Shown here piece by piece: positions 40,351-50,528 of a DNA stretch of 64,000 nt. The translations under genes were made by a program, and so were the position numbers. The notes beneath the pieces are model-generated. The model did not search any database. It saw nothing but the letters and a program-made list of their open reading frames with translations, and had not been told where the DNA came from. The DNA comes from an uncultured Candidatus Rokubacteria bacterium. GTDB lineage: Bacteria; Methylomirabilota; Methylomirabilia; Rokubacteriales; CSP1-6. Position 1 is the stretch's first letter, and every line of letters starts with the position of its first letter. Where the stretch lies: the NCBI GenBank assembly GCA_963771355.1, contig CAVYTA010000006.1, forward strand, positions 576,001 to 640,000, read 5' to 3'.

Positions 40351-42072
40351 ATGAGACGGGTGCGGGTCGCCCTCGCCCAGGTCAATCCCACGGTCGGGGC
40401 CGTCGAAGCCAATGCCCGGATGGTCATCGATTGGATGGACCGGGCCCGCGCCCTCGGCGCCGACGTGGTGGCCTTCCCCGAGCTGGTGCTCACCGGGTAT
40501 CCCCCCGAGGATCTCGTCTTCAAGTCCGCCTTCATCGAGGCCAATCTCCGTGCGCTCGGCGACGTGGCGCGGGCCAGCCGCGATCTCACCGCGGTGGTGG
40601 GATTCGTGGACAAGCGCGACGACATCTTCAATGCCGCCGCCGTGCTGCATGGCGGCACCCACGCCGGCACCTATCACAAGCAGTACCTGCCGAACTACGG
40701 AGTCTTCGACGAGAACCGCTACTTCCAGGCCGGCACCGAGTACCCCATCTTCGCGGTGGGCGACGTGGTGCTCGCCGCCAATATCTGCGAGGACATCTGG
40801 TACCCGACGGGGCCGACCACCGTCCAGGCGCTGGCGGGAGCCGACCTCATCATCAGCATCAACGCCTCCCCGTTTCACGCGGGCAAGGCCCAGTTCCGGG
40901 AGAAGATGCTGGCCACGCGCGCGGCCGACGACCTCGTCTGCCTCGCCTTCGTCAATACGGTGGGCGGGCAGGACGAGCTGGTGTTCGACGGCCAGTCCTT
41001 CATCTTCAACGAGAAGGGTGAGCGGGTGGCGCGCGGGCAGGCCTTCGAGGAGGACCTCGTGGTCGCGGACCTCGACCTCGACAATGTCTTCCGCGCCCGC
41101 CTCCACGACTCGCGCCGGCGAAAGGAGAAGCAGCGGGGCGAGAACGCGGCCCGCCGGATCGTGCTCCCCGCGCTCCCCGACCGTGCGCGGCCGGCGCTGC
41201 CCGCGCGCGAAGAGCCCCAGGTGGACCGCCCCGAGGAGATCTACCGAGCGCTGGTGGTGGGCCTCGGCGACTACGTGCGGAAGAGCGGGTTCCGTCATGT
41301 GGTGATGGGACTCTCGGGCGGAATCGACTCGGCGCTGGTGGCCTGCATCGCGGTGGACGCGCTCGGCGCCGCCAACGTGACCGGGGTCACCATGCCCTCG
41401 CCGTATTCCTCGGCGGGCACCCGCCGCGACGCGGCCCGGATGGCGAAGAACCTGGGCATCGAGTTCCTCCGACTGCCCATCACCAGCGTGTTCAAGGCCT
41501 ATGCGCGGGCGCTCGCCAAGCCGTTCAAGGGCCTCAAGGCGGACGTGGCCGAGGAGAACCTCCAGGCGCGCATCCGCGGCAACTATCTGATGGCGCTCTC
41601 CAACAAGTTCGGCTGGCTGGTCCTCACCACCGGCAACAAGAGCGAGATCGGCGTGGGCTACTCGACGCTCTACGGCGACATGGCCGGCGGCTTCGCGGTG
41701 ATCAAGGACGTACCCAAGACCCTGGTCTATGAGCTCTCCGCCCACGCCAATGCGCGGGCGGGCCGCGAGCTCATCCCGCGATCCATCTTCGAGCGGGCGC
41801 CCTCGGCGGAGCTCAGGCCCGACCAGACCGATCAGGACTCGCTGCCGCCCTATCCGGTGCTCGACGCCATCCTCGAAGCGTACGTGGAGGGTGACCAGGG
41901 GATCCCCGACATCGTCGCGCGGGGCTTCGACGAGGCCACTGTCCGACGGGTCATCGCCATGGTGGACCGCAACGAGTACAAGCGACGGCAGGGTCCCATC
42001 GGAATCAAGATCACTCCGCGCGCGTTCGGCAAGGACTGGCGGCTTCCGATCGTCAATCGCTTCCGCGAATAG
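40351..42072 (+). CDS. nadE: Glutamine-dependent NAD+ synthetase
   Basis: Nitrilase domain (FPEL..TGYPPEDL, ICEDIW) plus GLSGGIDS, ENLQARIRG, TTGNKSE, PSAELRPDQ. Confidence 0.96.
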   Translation: MRRVRVALAQVNPTVGAVEANARMVIDWMDRARALGADVVAFPELVLTGYPPEDLVFKSAFIEANLRALGDVARASRDLTAVVGFVDKRDDIFNAAAVLHGGTHAGTYHKQYLPNYGVFDENRYFQAGTEYPIFAVGDVVLAANICEDIWYPTGPTTVQALAGADLIISINASPFHAGKAQFREKMLATRAADDLVCLAFVNTVGGQDELVFDGQSFIFNEKGERVARGQAFEEDLVVADLDLDNVFRARLHDSRRRKEKQRGENAARRIVLPALPDRARPALPAREEPQVDRPEEIYRALVVGLGDYVRKSGFRHVVMGLSGGIDSALVACIAVDALGAANVTGVTMPSPYSSAGTRRDAARMAKNLGIEFLRLPITSVFKAYARALAKPFKGLKADVAEENLQARIRGNYLMALSNKFGWLVLTTGNKSEIGVGYSTLYGDMAGGFAVIKDVPKTLVYELSAHANARAGRELIPRSIFERAPSAELRPDQTDQDSLPPYPVLDAILEAYVEGDQGIPDIVARGFDEATVRRVIAMVDRNEYKRRQGPIGIKITPRAFGKDWRLPIVNRFRE

Positions 42073-42253
42073 CCTCGCTGTACGCTCGGATTGTCGACAG
42101 TGTCAGCTTTCTGGTGTAGTGTCTCCGAAAAGTGTCAGCCCGCAACAAATCTGGGCGCTACGGTTTTCGTAGCGCGTCCACTTCGACGATTCGACGCGGC
42201 AAGTAACGCCATGTAATTCACCGGGTTAGCAAACCTTGCAGAGTCTGCGCACT

Positions 42254-42270
42254 GTGGTACACGGCTTGCT
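42254..42270 (+). promoter_or_regulatory. Sigma-54 promoter of the PilB/GspE-like ATPase
   Basis: GTGGTACACGGCTTGCT: GG 42256-42257, GC 42268-42269. Confidence 0.65.
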
Positions 42271-42358
42271 AACAATCTTTGTGGCGCAGGGCTCGATGCC
42301 TCTCGCACCGCGCGACCGTGCCGAGACGTGAGCGTTCGTTGACCAGAGGGCAGGACAC

Positions 42359-44257
42359 GTGAGCACGGAACAGATTCCCGAGGTGGCGGCGGAGCACGAG
42401 GCGGCGCCCGCAGAGAAGATCACCGTCGGGCTTGACAGTCTGCAGGATACGATCGCGCGCCTGGCCAAGACCTTCGAGAATGCGCCCCGGCGGCGTGCCG
42501 CCGACCACCCCACCCGCCGCTATATCTCCAAGTTCGAGTACCTCGTCGAGCAGCGGCTGATCAGCCAGCAGGACCTGGACGCCGCCATCGCCGAGGCCAA
42601 GCGCGCCCAGAGCCAGGTCGACCTGATCCTGATGCAGGAGTATCAGATCAGCAAGGCGCAGATCGGCCAGTCCTCCTCGGTGTTCTACCGCGTGCCGTTC
42701 GTCGAGTTCGACGACCGGATCGTGGTTCCGCCGGACCTCATCCGGGACCTCAAGCTCGAGTACCTGAAGAAGAACTACTGGGTCCCCCTCAAGCGTGAGG
42801 GAGGCGCCGTCCTGGTGGTGGTGGACGATCCGCACGACCTCGCCAAGGTGGACAGCATCGAGCGGGCGCTGAAGAACCAGAAGGTCAAGCTCGCGGTTGG
42901 TTTCCGGAGCGACATCCTGCGCTTCCTCAGCGTCGCCAGTGGCGAGCAGGCGCCGAGGGCGGGGAGCTCGGAGTCGATCAAGGACATCCTCGGCACCCTC
43001 AAGGCGGAGGAGGACGCCACCGGCACCGACTCCCACGAAGTCGCCGAGGTCGATGAGAACGACAGCGCCATCGTGCGGCTGTCGGGTCAGGTCATCCTCG
43101 CCGCCTATCAGGCGCGCGCCTCCGACATCCACGTCGAGCCCTACGGTCCCCAGAAGGACACCATCATCCGGTTCCGCGTGGACGGCGGCTGCTCGGAGTA
43201 CATGAAGCTGCCCGGGGCTTTCCGGCGCCCGCTCGTCGCGCGGATCAAGATCATGGCCCGGCTCGACATCGCGGAGCGGCGGAAGCCCCAGGACGGCAAG
43301 ATCAAGGTCGCCCTCGGCGATCGGGAGATCGAGCTCCGGGTGGCGACCATCCCGACCGCGGGCGGGGACGAGGACGTGGTGATGCGGATCCTCGCCTCCA
43401 ACGAACCCATCCCCATCGACAAGCTCGGGATGAACGATCGCAATCTCGCGGAGATGAAGCGCATCTCGCAGCGGCCGTACGGGCTGATCCTCTGCGTGGG
43501 GCCGACCGGCTCCGGGAAGACCACCACGCTGCACTCCGTGCTGGGCTTCATCAACACGCCGGAGCGGAAGATCTGGACCGCCGAGGATCCCGTCGAGATC
43601 ACCCAGCACGGCCTCCGTCAGGTCCAGGTGAATCCGAAGATCGGGTTCGACTTCGCCAGCGCCATGCGCGCCTTCCTCCGGGCCGATCCCGACGTGATCA
43701 TGGTGGGCGAGATGCGCGACGAGGAGACGGCCTCGGTGGGCATCGAGGCCTCGCTCACCGGCCATATGGTGATGAGCACGCTGCACACCAACAGCGCCCC
43801 CGAGACCGTGGTCCGGCTGGTGGACATGGGCTGCGACCCCTTCAACTTCTCGGACGCCATGCTGGGGATCCTGGCCCAGCGCCTGGTCAAGCGCTTGTGC
43901 CCCGACTGCCGCGAGAGCTACGCGCCCACGCCGGAGCAGTACGAGGAGATCGTGCAGGCCTATGGTCCGGAGGAATGGGAGACGCTCGGCATCAAGTACG
44001 AGGGTGGCTTCCGGCTCTTCCGCGGACGCGGCTGCGACAAGTGCGGAAAGAGCGGCTACCGCGGGCGCGCGGCCATACACGAGCTGCTGGTGACGTCACC
44101 CGACATCAAGCGGCTGATCCAGACGCGCGCGCGCGCGACCGAGATCCTCGGGCACGCCAAGCAGGGGGGGATGACCACCCTCCTCCAGGACGGCATCATG
44201 AAGGCGATCGAGGGAGTCACCGACGTCAAGCAGGTCAAGGCCGTCGCGAACGCCTGA
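42359..44257 (+). CDS. GspE/PilB-family secretion or pilus assembly ATPase
   Basis: ASDIHVEP, LDIAERRKPQDG, GPTGSGKTTTL, LRADPDVIMVGEMRD, STLHTN, CPDC...CDKC. Confidence 0.93.
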   Translation: MSTEQIPEVAAEHEAAPAEKITVGLDSLQDTIARLAKTFENAPRRRAADHPTRRYISKFEYLVEQRLISQQDLDAAIAEAKRAQSQVDLILMQEYQISKAQIGQSSSVFYRVPFVEFDDRIVVPPDLIRDLKLEYLKKNYWVPLKREGGAVLVVVDDPHDLAKVDSIERALKNQKVKLAVGFRSDILRFLSVASGEQAPRAGSSESIKDILGTLKAEEDATGTDSHEVAEVDENDSAIVRLSGQVILAAYQARASDIHVEPYGPQKDTIIRFRVDGGCSEYMKLPGAFRRPLVARIKIMARLDIAERRKPQDGKIKVALGDREIELRVATIPTAGGDEDVVMRILASNEPIPIDKLGMNDRNLAEMKRISQRPYGLILCVGPTGSGKTTTLHSVLGFINTPERKIWTAEDPVEITQHGLRQVQVNPKIGFDFASAMRAFLRADPDVIMVGEMRDEETASVGIEASLTGHMVMSTLHTNSAPETVVRLVDMGCDPFNFSDAMLGILAQRLVKRLCPDCRESYAPTPEQYEEIVQAYGPEEWETLGIKYEGGFRLFRGRGCDKCGKSGYRGRAAIHELLVTSPDIKRLIQTRARATEILGHAKQGGMTTLLQDGIMKAIEGVTDVKQVKAVANA

Positions 44258-44313
44258 TCGGCGGCGCGTCACGCGCAGGGAATGCACCCTCACCAACGGA
44301 AGGAGCGGATGTG

Positions 44314-44685
44314 ATGGCGAACAGCACGGAAGGGATGGCCTGGTCGGACACGCGAGTGAAGGTCACGAAGTGGATCGAGGACGGACAGTACCTCGTCGGG
44401 CTCATTCCCGCCCTGGTCGAGGAGAACGAGCGGCTCCGTACCTCGCTGGAAACCAGCGAGAAGGAGTTCGAGCGCCTGCGCCAGGAAGTGGCGACGCTCC
44501 GCGGCGAGAGCGAGAGCTATCGCACCGAGCGCGAGGACGTGGCAGACGCGCTGAACAAGTTCATGAACGAGATGCTCCAGCTCGTGAACGAAGTGGCGCA
44601 GAAGTTCCGCACTCCCTCGCAGCGGGCCAAGAGCCCCTTCGAGCGGGAGCAGCAGTCCGCCGCCCACCGGCCCCTGGTTCCCTAG
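44314..44685 (+). CDS. Hypothetical coiled-coil protein
   Basis: SD GAAGGAG; heptad-rich LVEENERLRTSLE..FERLRQEVATLRGE. Confidence 0.7.
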   Translation: MANSTEGMAWSDTRVKVTKWIEDGQYLVGLIPALVEENERLRTSLETSEKEFERLRQEVATLRGESESYRTEREDVADALNKFMNEMLQLVNEVAQKFRTPSQRAKSPFEREQQSAAHRPLVP

Positions 44686-44749
44686 AGCGGCCCCACGCGG
44701 TGCCCGCCTCCGGGAGTCCTCGGCTCGAGCTCGCCTCGGGCCGGGGCCC

Positions 44750-46501
44750 TCACCGGGGGGCGGAGTCGAGCATTTGCAGGGCCGCCAGACGGCGGTAGAT
44801 CCCGTCCTCCCGCGCCATGAGGTCTTCGTGGCGCCCCACCTCGGCGATCCGACCCTCGTGCACCACCACCACGCGGTCCGCGTTGCGCACGGTGGACAGC
44901 CGGTGCGCGATGACCAGAACCGTGCGGCCCTTGGTGAGCTCGCTGAGCGCCTGCTGCACGAGGAACTCACTCTCCGCGTCGAGGTCGGAGGTGGCCTCGT
45001 CCAGGAGGAGGATGGGCGGGTCCTTCAGGAAGGCGCGGGCGATGGCGATGCGCTGGCGCTGCCCGCCGGAGAGCTTGACCCCCCGCTCGCCCACCGGGGT
45101 GGCATAGCCGGCGGGGAGGGCGGCGATGAAATCCTGGGCCTGGGCGAGCCGGGCCGCCCGCTCGATCTCCTCGCGGGTGGCCCCCGCCTTGCCGTAGGCG
45201 ATGTTGTAGGCGAGGGAGTCGTGGAAGAGGAAGGTCTCCTGGGTCACGATGCCCATGAGCGCGCGGAGCGAGGCCACCGTCACCTCGCGCACATCGTGCC
45301 CGTCCACGGTGAGGCGTCCCCCGGTGACGTCATGGAAGCGAGGCAGGAGGTCGAGGAGGGTGGTCTTGCCCGCGCCGGACATCCCCACGAAGGCGACCAT
45401 CTCGCCCTTGGAGACCGTGAGCGTGATGCCGGACAGCGTGTCCGATTCGCCGTCGGGGTAGCGGAACGAGACGTCCTCCAGCGCGATGGCATGCTGGAAG
45501 CCCTGGAGGACGTGGGCGCGCGGTGCGTTCGCGATGGCGTGCGGGGTGTCGAGGATCTCGAACACGCGCTCCACCGAGCCGCGGGACTGCTGGACGGTAT
45601 TGGCCATGCGCGAGAGCTGGCGCACCGGCCCGTAGAGCAGGATCACCGCGGTGGTGAAGGAGAAGAACTCGCCCGGGGTCAAGGCGCCCGCGATGACCTG
45701 ATAGCCGCCGTACCAGAGGGCGCCCATGATGCCGAGCGCGCCCAGCACCTCCATGAGGGGCTCCGAGAGCTGGTCCGTCCGGTGGTCCTTCAGCGCGAGG
45801 CGGAGCAGCTGATCGTTCACTCCGTCGAAGCGCTCCTGCTCGAGCGGCTCGCGGGAGAAGGCCTTCACGATCTTGGTGCCGGTGAAGGACTCCTGGAGCA
45901 CCACATTCAGCTCGGCCACCGTCTCCTGGGAGCGTTTGTTGATCTTGTAGAGCTTGCGTCCCAGCATGCGGACGGTGACGGCCACCGCGGGGAACACCGC
46001 CACCGCGATGAGGGCGAGCACCCATTCGCGCGCGAACATCACCACCAGGAGCGCGATGATGGTGCCCACCTGGCGGACCGCCATCACCAGGACGGTGGAG
46101 GACAGCCGCGCGAGGCGGTTCACGTCGGTGATGACGCGGGCCATCAGCTCGGCGGAGTGGAGCGACTTGAAGAAGGCCAGCGGCATGCCCTGGATGTGTC
46201 CGTAGAGCTCGCGGCGGATGCGGGCCACCACGCGCTCGCCCACCGACGCCATGAGATACGACTGGCCGAAGCGCCCGAAGCCCTTCAGGAGGTAGGCGCC
46301 GAGGAGCACCAGAGGGATGACCTTGAGCATCAGGAGGTCGCGCTTGATGAAAATCTCGTCCATGGCCGGCTTCACCAGCCAGGCGATGGACCCTTCCGCG
46401 GCCGACACCAGGAGGGCGAGCGCGGTGCCGGCGGCCAGGCTGGGCCAGTACGGCTTGAGATAGGGGAGGAGCCGGAGGAGCAGGCGATGTCGCGAGCGCA
46501 T
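44750..46501 (-). CDS. msbA: MsbA-like ABC exporter (permease plus ATPase)
   Basis: Six-TM domain, GMSGAGKTT, GERGVKLSGGQRQR, LDEATS, IAHRLST. Confidence 0.8.
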   Translation of the reverse strand: MRSRHRLLLRLLPYLKPYWPSLAAGTALALLVSAAEGSIAWLVKPAMDEIFIKRDLLMLKVIPLVLLGAYLLKGFGRFGQSYLMASVGERVVARIRRELYGHIQGMPLAFFKSLHSAELMARVITDVNRLARLSSTVLVMAVRQVGTIIALLVVMFAREWVLALIAVAVFPAVAVTVRMLGRKLYKINKRSQETVAELNVVLQESFTGTKIVKAFSREPLEQERFDGVNDQLLRLALKDHRTDQLSEPLMEVLGALGIMGALWYGGYQVIAGALTPGEFFSFTTAVILLYGPVRQLSRMANTVQQSRGSVERVFEILDTPHAIANAPRAHVLQGFQHAIALEDVSFRYPDGESDTLSGITLTVSKGEMVAFVGMSGAGKTTLLDLLPRFHDVTGGRLTVDGHDVREVTVASLRALMGIVTQETFLFHDSLAYNIAYGKAGATREEIERAARLAQAQDFIAALPAGYATPVGERGVKLSGGQRQRIAIARAFLKDPPILLLDEATSDLDAESEFLVQQALSELTKGRTVLVIAHRLSTVRNADRVVVVHEGRIAEVGRHEDLMAREDGIYRRLAALQMLDSAPR

Positions 46502-46503
46502 GG

Positions 46504-47616
46504 CTAGGCGCGCGCGCGCGCGGTGAGCAGCCGCGTGTAGAGGGCCTCGGTCCGGTCGAGCTTGGTGGCGAGGGAGAAGTGCGCCTCGACCCGCTTCCGT
46601 CCCGCCCGGGCCATGGCCTTCGCGCGGGCGGGATTGTCGAGCATGCGGAGAACGGCCTGGGCCAGCGCGTCGGGGTTGCGCGGGGGAACCAGGAAGCCGG
46701 TCTCACCGTCGACGATGAGCTCGGGCATGCCCTCGAGATCGGTGGCCACCACCGGGGTCTCCACCGCCAGCGCCTCCCGGATGGAGCCGGTGAGGCCGAG
46801 ACCGGCATAGGAGGCGTCCACCACGAGATCGCTGGCGGCGAGGATCTCCGGCACGTCCTCGCGATGCCCGAGCACCGTCACCACCCCCGCCAGCCCCCGG
46901 TCGCGCGCCTTCTCGCCGATGCTGACGACGCGCGCGGGCGGCGCGCCCACGAAGAGGAGGCGCGCCCCGGGGAGGGCGCGGTGCACGCGGACCATGGCGT
47001 CGAGTACGTCGTCGTTGCCGCGCCACGAGCGGATGCCGATCTGGGTCACCAGCGGCTGATCGGGCGAGAGCCCGAGCTCGCGCCGGATGGCCGTCCCATC
47101 CACCCCGGCATGGAAGCGGGTGAGATCGGTGCCGGAGTAGATGACCTCGATCTTGTCCGCGGGGACCCCGTGGGCCACCAGCCCCCGCTTGATGGACTCG
47201 CACACCGCCACCACCGCGGTGACCCGCGGCGTGATGTAGCCGTGGCGATTCCAGCGGTCCAGGGAGAAGCTCACCCCGCGATTGAGGACGAGCACGGGGA
47301 TGCGGACGAGGAGCCCGGCGAGGAGGGCAAGGGTGCGCGCCTTGCCCTTGTGGCAGTGCACGATCTCGATCTCGTGGGCGCGAATGAGTCGGGCGAGGCC
47401 CAGGATACCGCGATGGTCCACCGCGTGCCGCATCGACAGGGCGGCGTGGGGGATCCCGGCCGCCGCGCACTTCTCCGCCCACACGGGGCTCGACCGCGTG
47501 GCCACCACCACGTGATGGCCGCGCGCATGGAGCCCCCAGGCCAGCTCGCGCAGCTGGATGGCCGCTCCGGTGAAGTAGTCCGCCTTGGGGTAGAGCTGGA
47601 GTATCCGGAGCGGCGT
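46504..47616 (-). CDS. Glycosyltransferase family 4
   Basis: Frame open to PLRILQLYPKADYFTGAAIQL; LGHREDVPEILAASD, EALAVETPVVATD, GETGFLVPP; apparent start is ACG at 47616. Confidence 0.88.
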   Translation of the reverse strand, partial: TPLRILQLYPKADYFTGAAIQLRELAWGLHARGHHVVVATRSSPVWAEKCAAAGIPHAALSMRHAVDHRGILGLARLIRAHEIEIVHCHKGKARTLALLAGLLVRIPVLVLNRGVSFSLDRWNRHGYITPRVTAVVAVCESIKRGLVAHGVPADKIEVIYSGTDLTRFHAGVDGTAIRRELGLSPDQPLVTQIGIRSWRGNDDVLDAMVRVHRALPGARLLFVGAPPARVVSIGEKARDRGLAGVVTVLGHREDVPEILAASDLVVDASYAGLGLTGSIREALAVETPVVATDLEGMPELIVDGETGFLVPPRNPDALAQAVLRMLDNPARAKAMARAGRKRVEAHFSLATKLDRTEALYTRLLTARARA

Positions 47617-47620
47617 GGCG

Positions 47621-48700
47621 TTACCTCCCGAAGAACTCGCTGATTGCCGCCGCCACCTCGTCCGCCTCCGCCTCGGTGTGGCCGGCGGAGATGGGCAGGG
47701 TGAGGATCTCGCGCACCAGCCGCTCGGTCACGGGCAGGGCGGGCGGCGCGAGCGATTCCACCGCCGGCTGCCGGTGACACGGGACCGGGTAGTGGATGCC
47801 GGTGGCGATGCCGCGCTCCTTCAGGTACTTCGCGAGCGCGTCTCGGCGGTCGGTCCGGATCACATAGAGGTGGTAGACGTGACGGGCCCCCGCGCGCTCC
47901 GAGGGCAGGCGCACCGGCAGCCCCGCGAGGCCGCGGGCATACCGCGCCGCCACGCGGTGGCGCTGCTCGTTCATGGCGTCGAGCCGGCGGAGGAGCACGC
48001 GGCCCACCGCGGCCTGGATGTCGTTGAAGCGCAGGTTGAAGCCGACCTCCGCGTGCACGTCCTTGTTGAGCCGGCCGTGGTCACGAAGCTGCCGGCACCG
48101 CGCCGCCACCGCATCGTCATTGGTCACCAGCAGGCCGCCGTCCCCCATCACGGTGAGATTCTTGGAGGGATAGAAGGAGAAGGCGGCGGCGCGGCCGAAG
48201 CCGCCCACCTTTCGGCCCTGCCACTCGGCGCCATGGGCCTGGGCGCAATCCTCGAGGAGCCACAGCCCGCGCTCGGCGCAGAGGGCCTGGATGGCGGGCA
48301 GGTCCGCGGGATGCCCATACAGGTGAACGGGCACGAAGCCGACGGTGCGCGGGGTGATCTTGGTGGCGGCGTCCCGCACGTCCACCGTGAAGGAATCGTC
48401 CACGTCCACGAACACCGGGGTGGCCCCCGCGAAGCAGATGGCCTCCACGGTGGGGAACGCCGTGTGGGAGGGCACCAGGATCTCGTCGCCGGGTCCCGCG
48501 CCGAAGGCCTTGACCAGCATCCACAGCGCGGCGGTGGCGCTAGAGGTCAGCACGGCATGCTTGGCGCCGTTGTAGACGGCGAACTCGTCCTCGAAGGCGC
48601 GGCACTCGGGACCGAGAATGTACTGGCGGGAGTCAACGGCCTTGAGGATCGCCCCCTTGATCTCGTCGTCGATGGGGGGGCGGGAGAGCGGGATGGACAT
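47621..48700 (-). CDS. DegT/DnrJ/EryC1/StrS PLP-dependent sugar aminotransferase
   Basis: PVHLYGHP, EDCAQAHGA, FSFYPSKNL, HVYHLYV, GIHYP. Confidence 0.93.
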   Translation of the reverse strand: MSIPLSRPPIDDEIKGAILKAVDSRQYILGPECRAFEDEFAVYNGAKHAVLTSSATAALWMLVKAFGAGPGDEILVPSHTAFPTVEAICFAGATPVFVDVDDSFTVDVRDAATKITPRTVGFVPVHLYGHPADLPAIQALCAERGLWLLEDCAQAHGAEWQGRKVGGFGRAAAFSFYPSKNLTVMGDGGLLVTNDDAVAARCRQLRDHGRLNKDVHAEVGFNLRFNDIQAAVGRVLLRRLDAMNEQRHRVAARYARGLAGLPVRLPSERAGARHVYHLYVIRTDRRDALAKYLKERGIATGIHYPVPCHRQPAVESLAPPALPVTERLVREILTLPISAGHTEAEADEVAAAISEFFGR

Positions 48701-49206
48701 CAGAGCGATCCTCCTGGGGAGCTGAGCTGACGATATCGCCCCCGGTAGTAGAGCAGCGGCTCGACCCCATCGCCGTCGCGGCTCGCCCCGGCCTCGATCT
48801 GGCCGACGAAGATGGTGTGGTCACCGCCCGGATAGGCGTGGACGGTGGTGCACTCGAGGTGGGCCAGCGCATCGTCGAGGATGGGCAGCCCGAGGACGCC
48901 CGACTTGTGTCCCACCCCCGCGAACTTCTCGGCCGCGCTCGAGCTCTTGGTGGCGAAGCGGTTGGACAGGGACTCCTGGCCCCCGCCGAGGATGTTCACC
49001 GCGAACCGGTCCGCGCCCCGCAGGGTCTCGTAGCTCTGCGCGTTCTGCGCCACGCAGACCAGGATCATGGGCGGGTGGAGGGACACGGAAGTGAAGGCGC
49101 TGGCGGTGAGACCGGCCGGGCGGCCCTGCGAATCTCGGGTCGTCACCACGGTCACGCCACTGGCGAAGTGACTGAGCAGGCGCCGGAATTCGTCGGGGCC
49201 GATCAC
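48700..49206 (-). CDS. Flavin reductase family protein
   Basis: FASGVTVVT, GLTASAFTSVSL, GGDHTIFVG, PLLYYRG. Confidence 0.92.
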   Translation of the reverse strand: MIGPDEFRRLLSHFASGVTVVTTRDSQGRPAGLTASAFTSVSLHPPMILVCVAQNAQSYETLRGADRFAVNILGGGQESLSNRFATKSSSAAEKFAGVGHKSGVLGLPILDDALAHLECTTVHAYPGGDHTIFVGQIEAGASRDGDGVEPLLYYRGRYRQLSSPGGSL

Positions 49207-49383
49207 GTTGCTTTTCTAGCAGGTCCCGGCCGATTTTTCAACTTCGCCGGGGGCTTGGACCGCATCCGGAAGCCCCGTCGCCTTGACGCTCCCCATGCTT
49301 CCCCCTATACTCGACCTCGAAGTGCGAGTCCACGATCCCCTGACCATCTTCCCGAGCCCGCCCGCGGGCGTGGTGTCGACTCC

Positions 49384-50520
49384 ATGACCCCCGCCGGCGG
49401 GCCTGCGGTGACCGAGGCCGCGGTGCTGGGAGCCCTCCGCTCGGTGACGGATCCCGACGGCGGCAAGGACGTCGTCTCGCTGGGTCTCGTGCAGGACCTT
49501 CGGATCACGGACAGCGAGGTCTCCTTCACGCTGGCCTTCACGGGCCAGACTCCCCAGACCAAGGTGGCACTGCACAGCGGCGCGTCCAAGGCGGTGGGCC
49601 AGATTCCCGGAGTCGGCCGGGTCAGCGTGAAGATGGGCTCGGGGGCGGCGCCCCACGCGCACGCGCATGGGCATGCCGCGCAGCCGGCGCGTCCGGCGGC
49701 GCCGCCGGGACCCGCCGCGCGCTCGCCCGAGTTCATCCCCGAGGTCAAGCACACGGTGGCGGTCTCGTCCGGCAAGGGCGGGGTGGGTAAATCGACGGTG
49801 GCGGTGAACCTGGCGCTTGCGCTCAGTCGCGGCGGTGCTGCCACCGGCCTGGTGGACGTGGACGTGTACGGGCCCGACGTGCCGCTGATGATGGGCGCCA
49901 AGGGCCGCCCCGGGATGTTCGACAACCGCATCATCCCGGTCGAGGTGCACGGCGTGAAGATCATGTCCATCGGCCTCCTGGTGGACGAGCGGGAGGCGCT
50001 GGTGTGGCGCGGGCCCATGATCCACTCCGCCGTCCAGCAATTCCTCCGGGACGTGGCCTGGGGCCCGCTGGACTACCTGGTCTTCGACATGCCGCCGGGT
50101 ACCGGCGACGCCCAGCTCTCGCTCTCGCAGATCATCCCGCTGTCGGGGGTGGTGATGGTGACCACGCCCCAGGACGTGGCGCTCCTCGACGTGCGCAAGG
50201 GTCTGGCCATGTTCCGCAAGCTCAATGTGCCCATCCTGGGCGTGGTGGAGAACATGAGCTACTTCGTGGCTCCGGACACCGGCGCCCGCTACCCGATCTT
50301 CGGGGAGGGCGGGGGGGCCCGCATCGCGGAGGAGTTCGGGGTGCCGCTGCTGGGGCAGATCCCGCTGGAGATGGAAACGCGCCGCGGCGGGGACGCCGGC
50401 ATCCCCATCGTGGTCGGACAGCCGGACTCGTCACAGGCCGCCGCCTTCCGCGCCATCGCGGGCGCGGTGACGGAGCGCGTCCGGGCGCTCGCGGGTCTCC
50501 AGCTCCCGAAACTGGGCTAG
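49384..50520 (+). CDS. mrp: Mrp/ApbC (NBP35) Fe-S cluster carrier ATPase
   Basis: DUF59-like N-terminus, SSGKGGVGKST, DVYGP, WRGPM, DMPPGTGD, VENMS. Confidence 0.92.
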   Translation: MTPAGGPAVTEAAVLGALRSVTDPDGGKDVVSLGLVQDLRITDSEVSFTLAFTGQTPQTKVALHSGASKAVGQIPGVGRVSVKMGSGAAPHAHAHGHAAQPARPAAPPGPAARSPEFIPEVKHTVAVSSGKGGVGKSTVAVNLALALSRGGAATGLVDVDVYGPDVPLMMGAKGRPGMFDNRIIPVEVHGVKIMSIGLLVDEREALVWRGPMIHSAVQQFLRDVAWGPLDYLVFDMPPGTGDAQLSLSQIIPLSGVVMVTTPQDVALLDVRKGLAMFRKLNVPILGVVENMSYFVAPDTGARYPIFGEGGGARIAEEFGVPLLGQIPLEMETRRGGDAGIPIVVGQPDSSQAAAFRAIAGAVTERVRALAGLQLPKLG

Positions 50521-50528
50521 TCGTCGCG

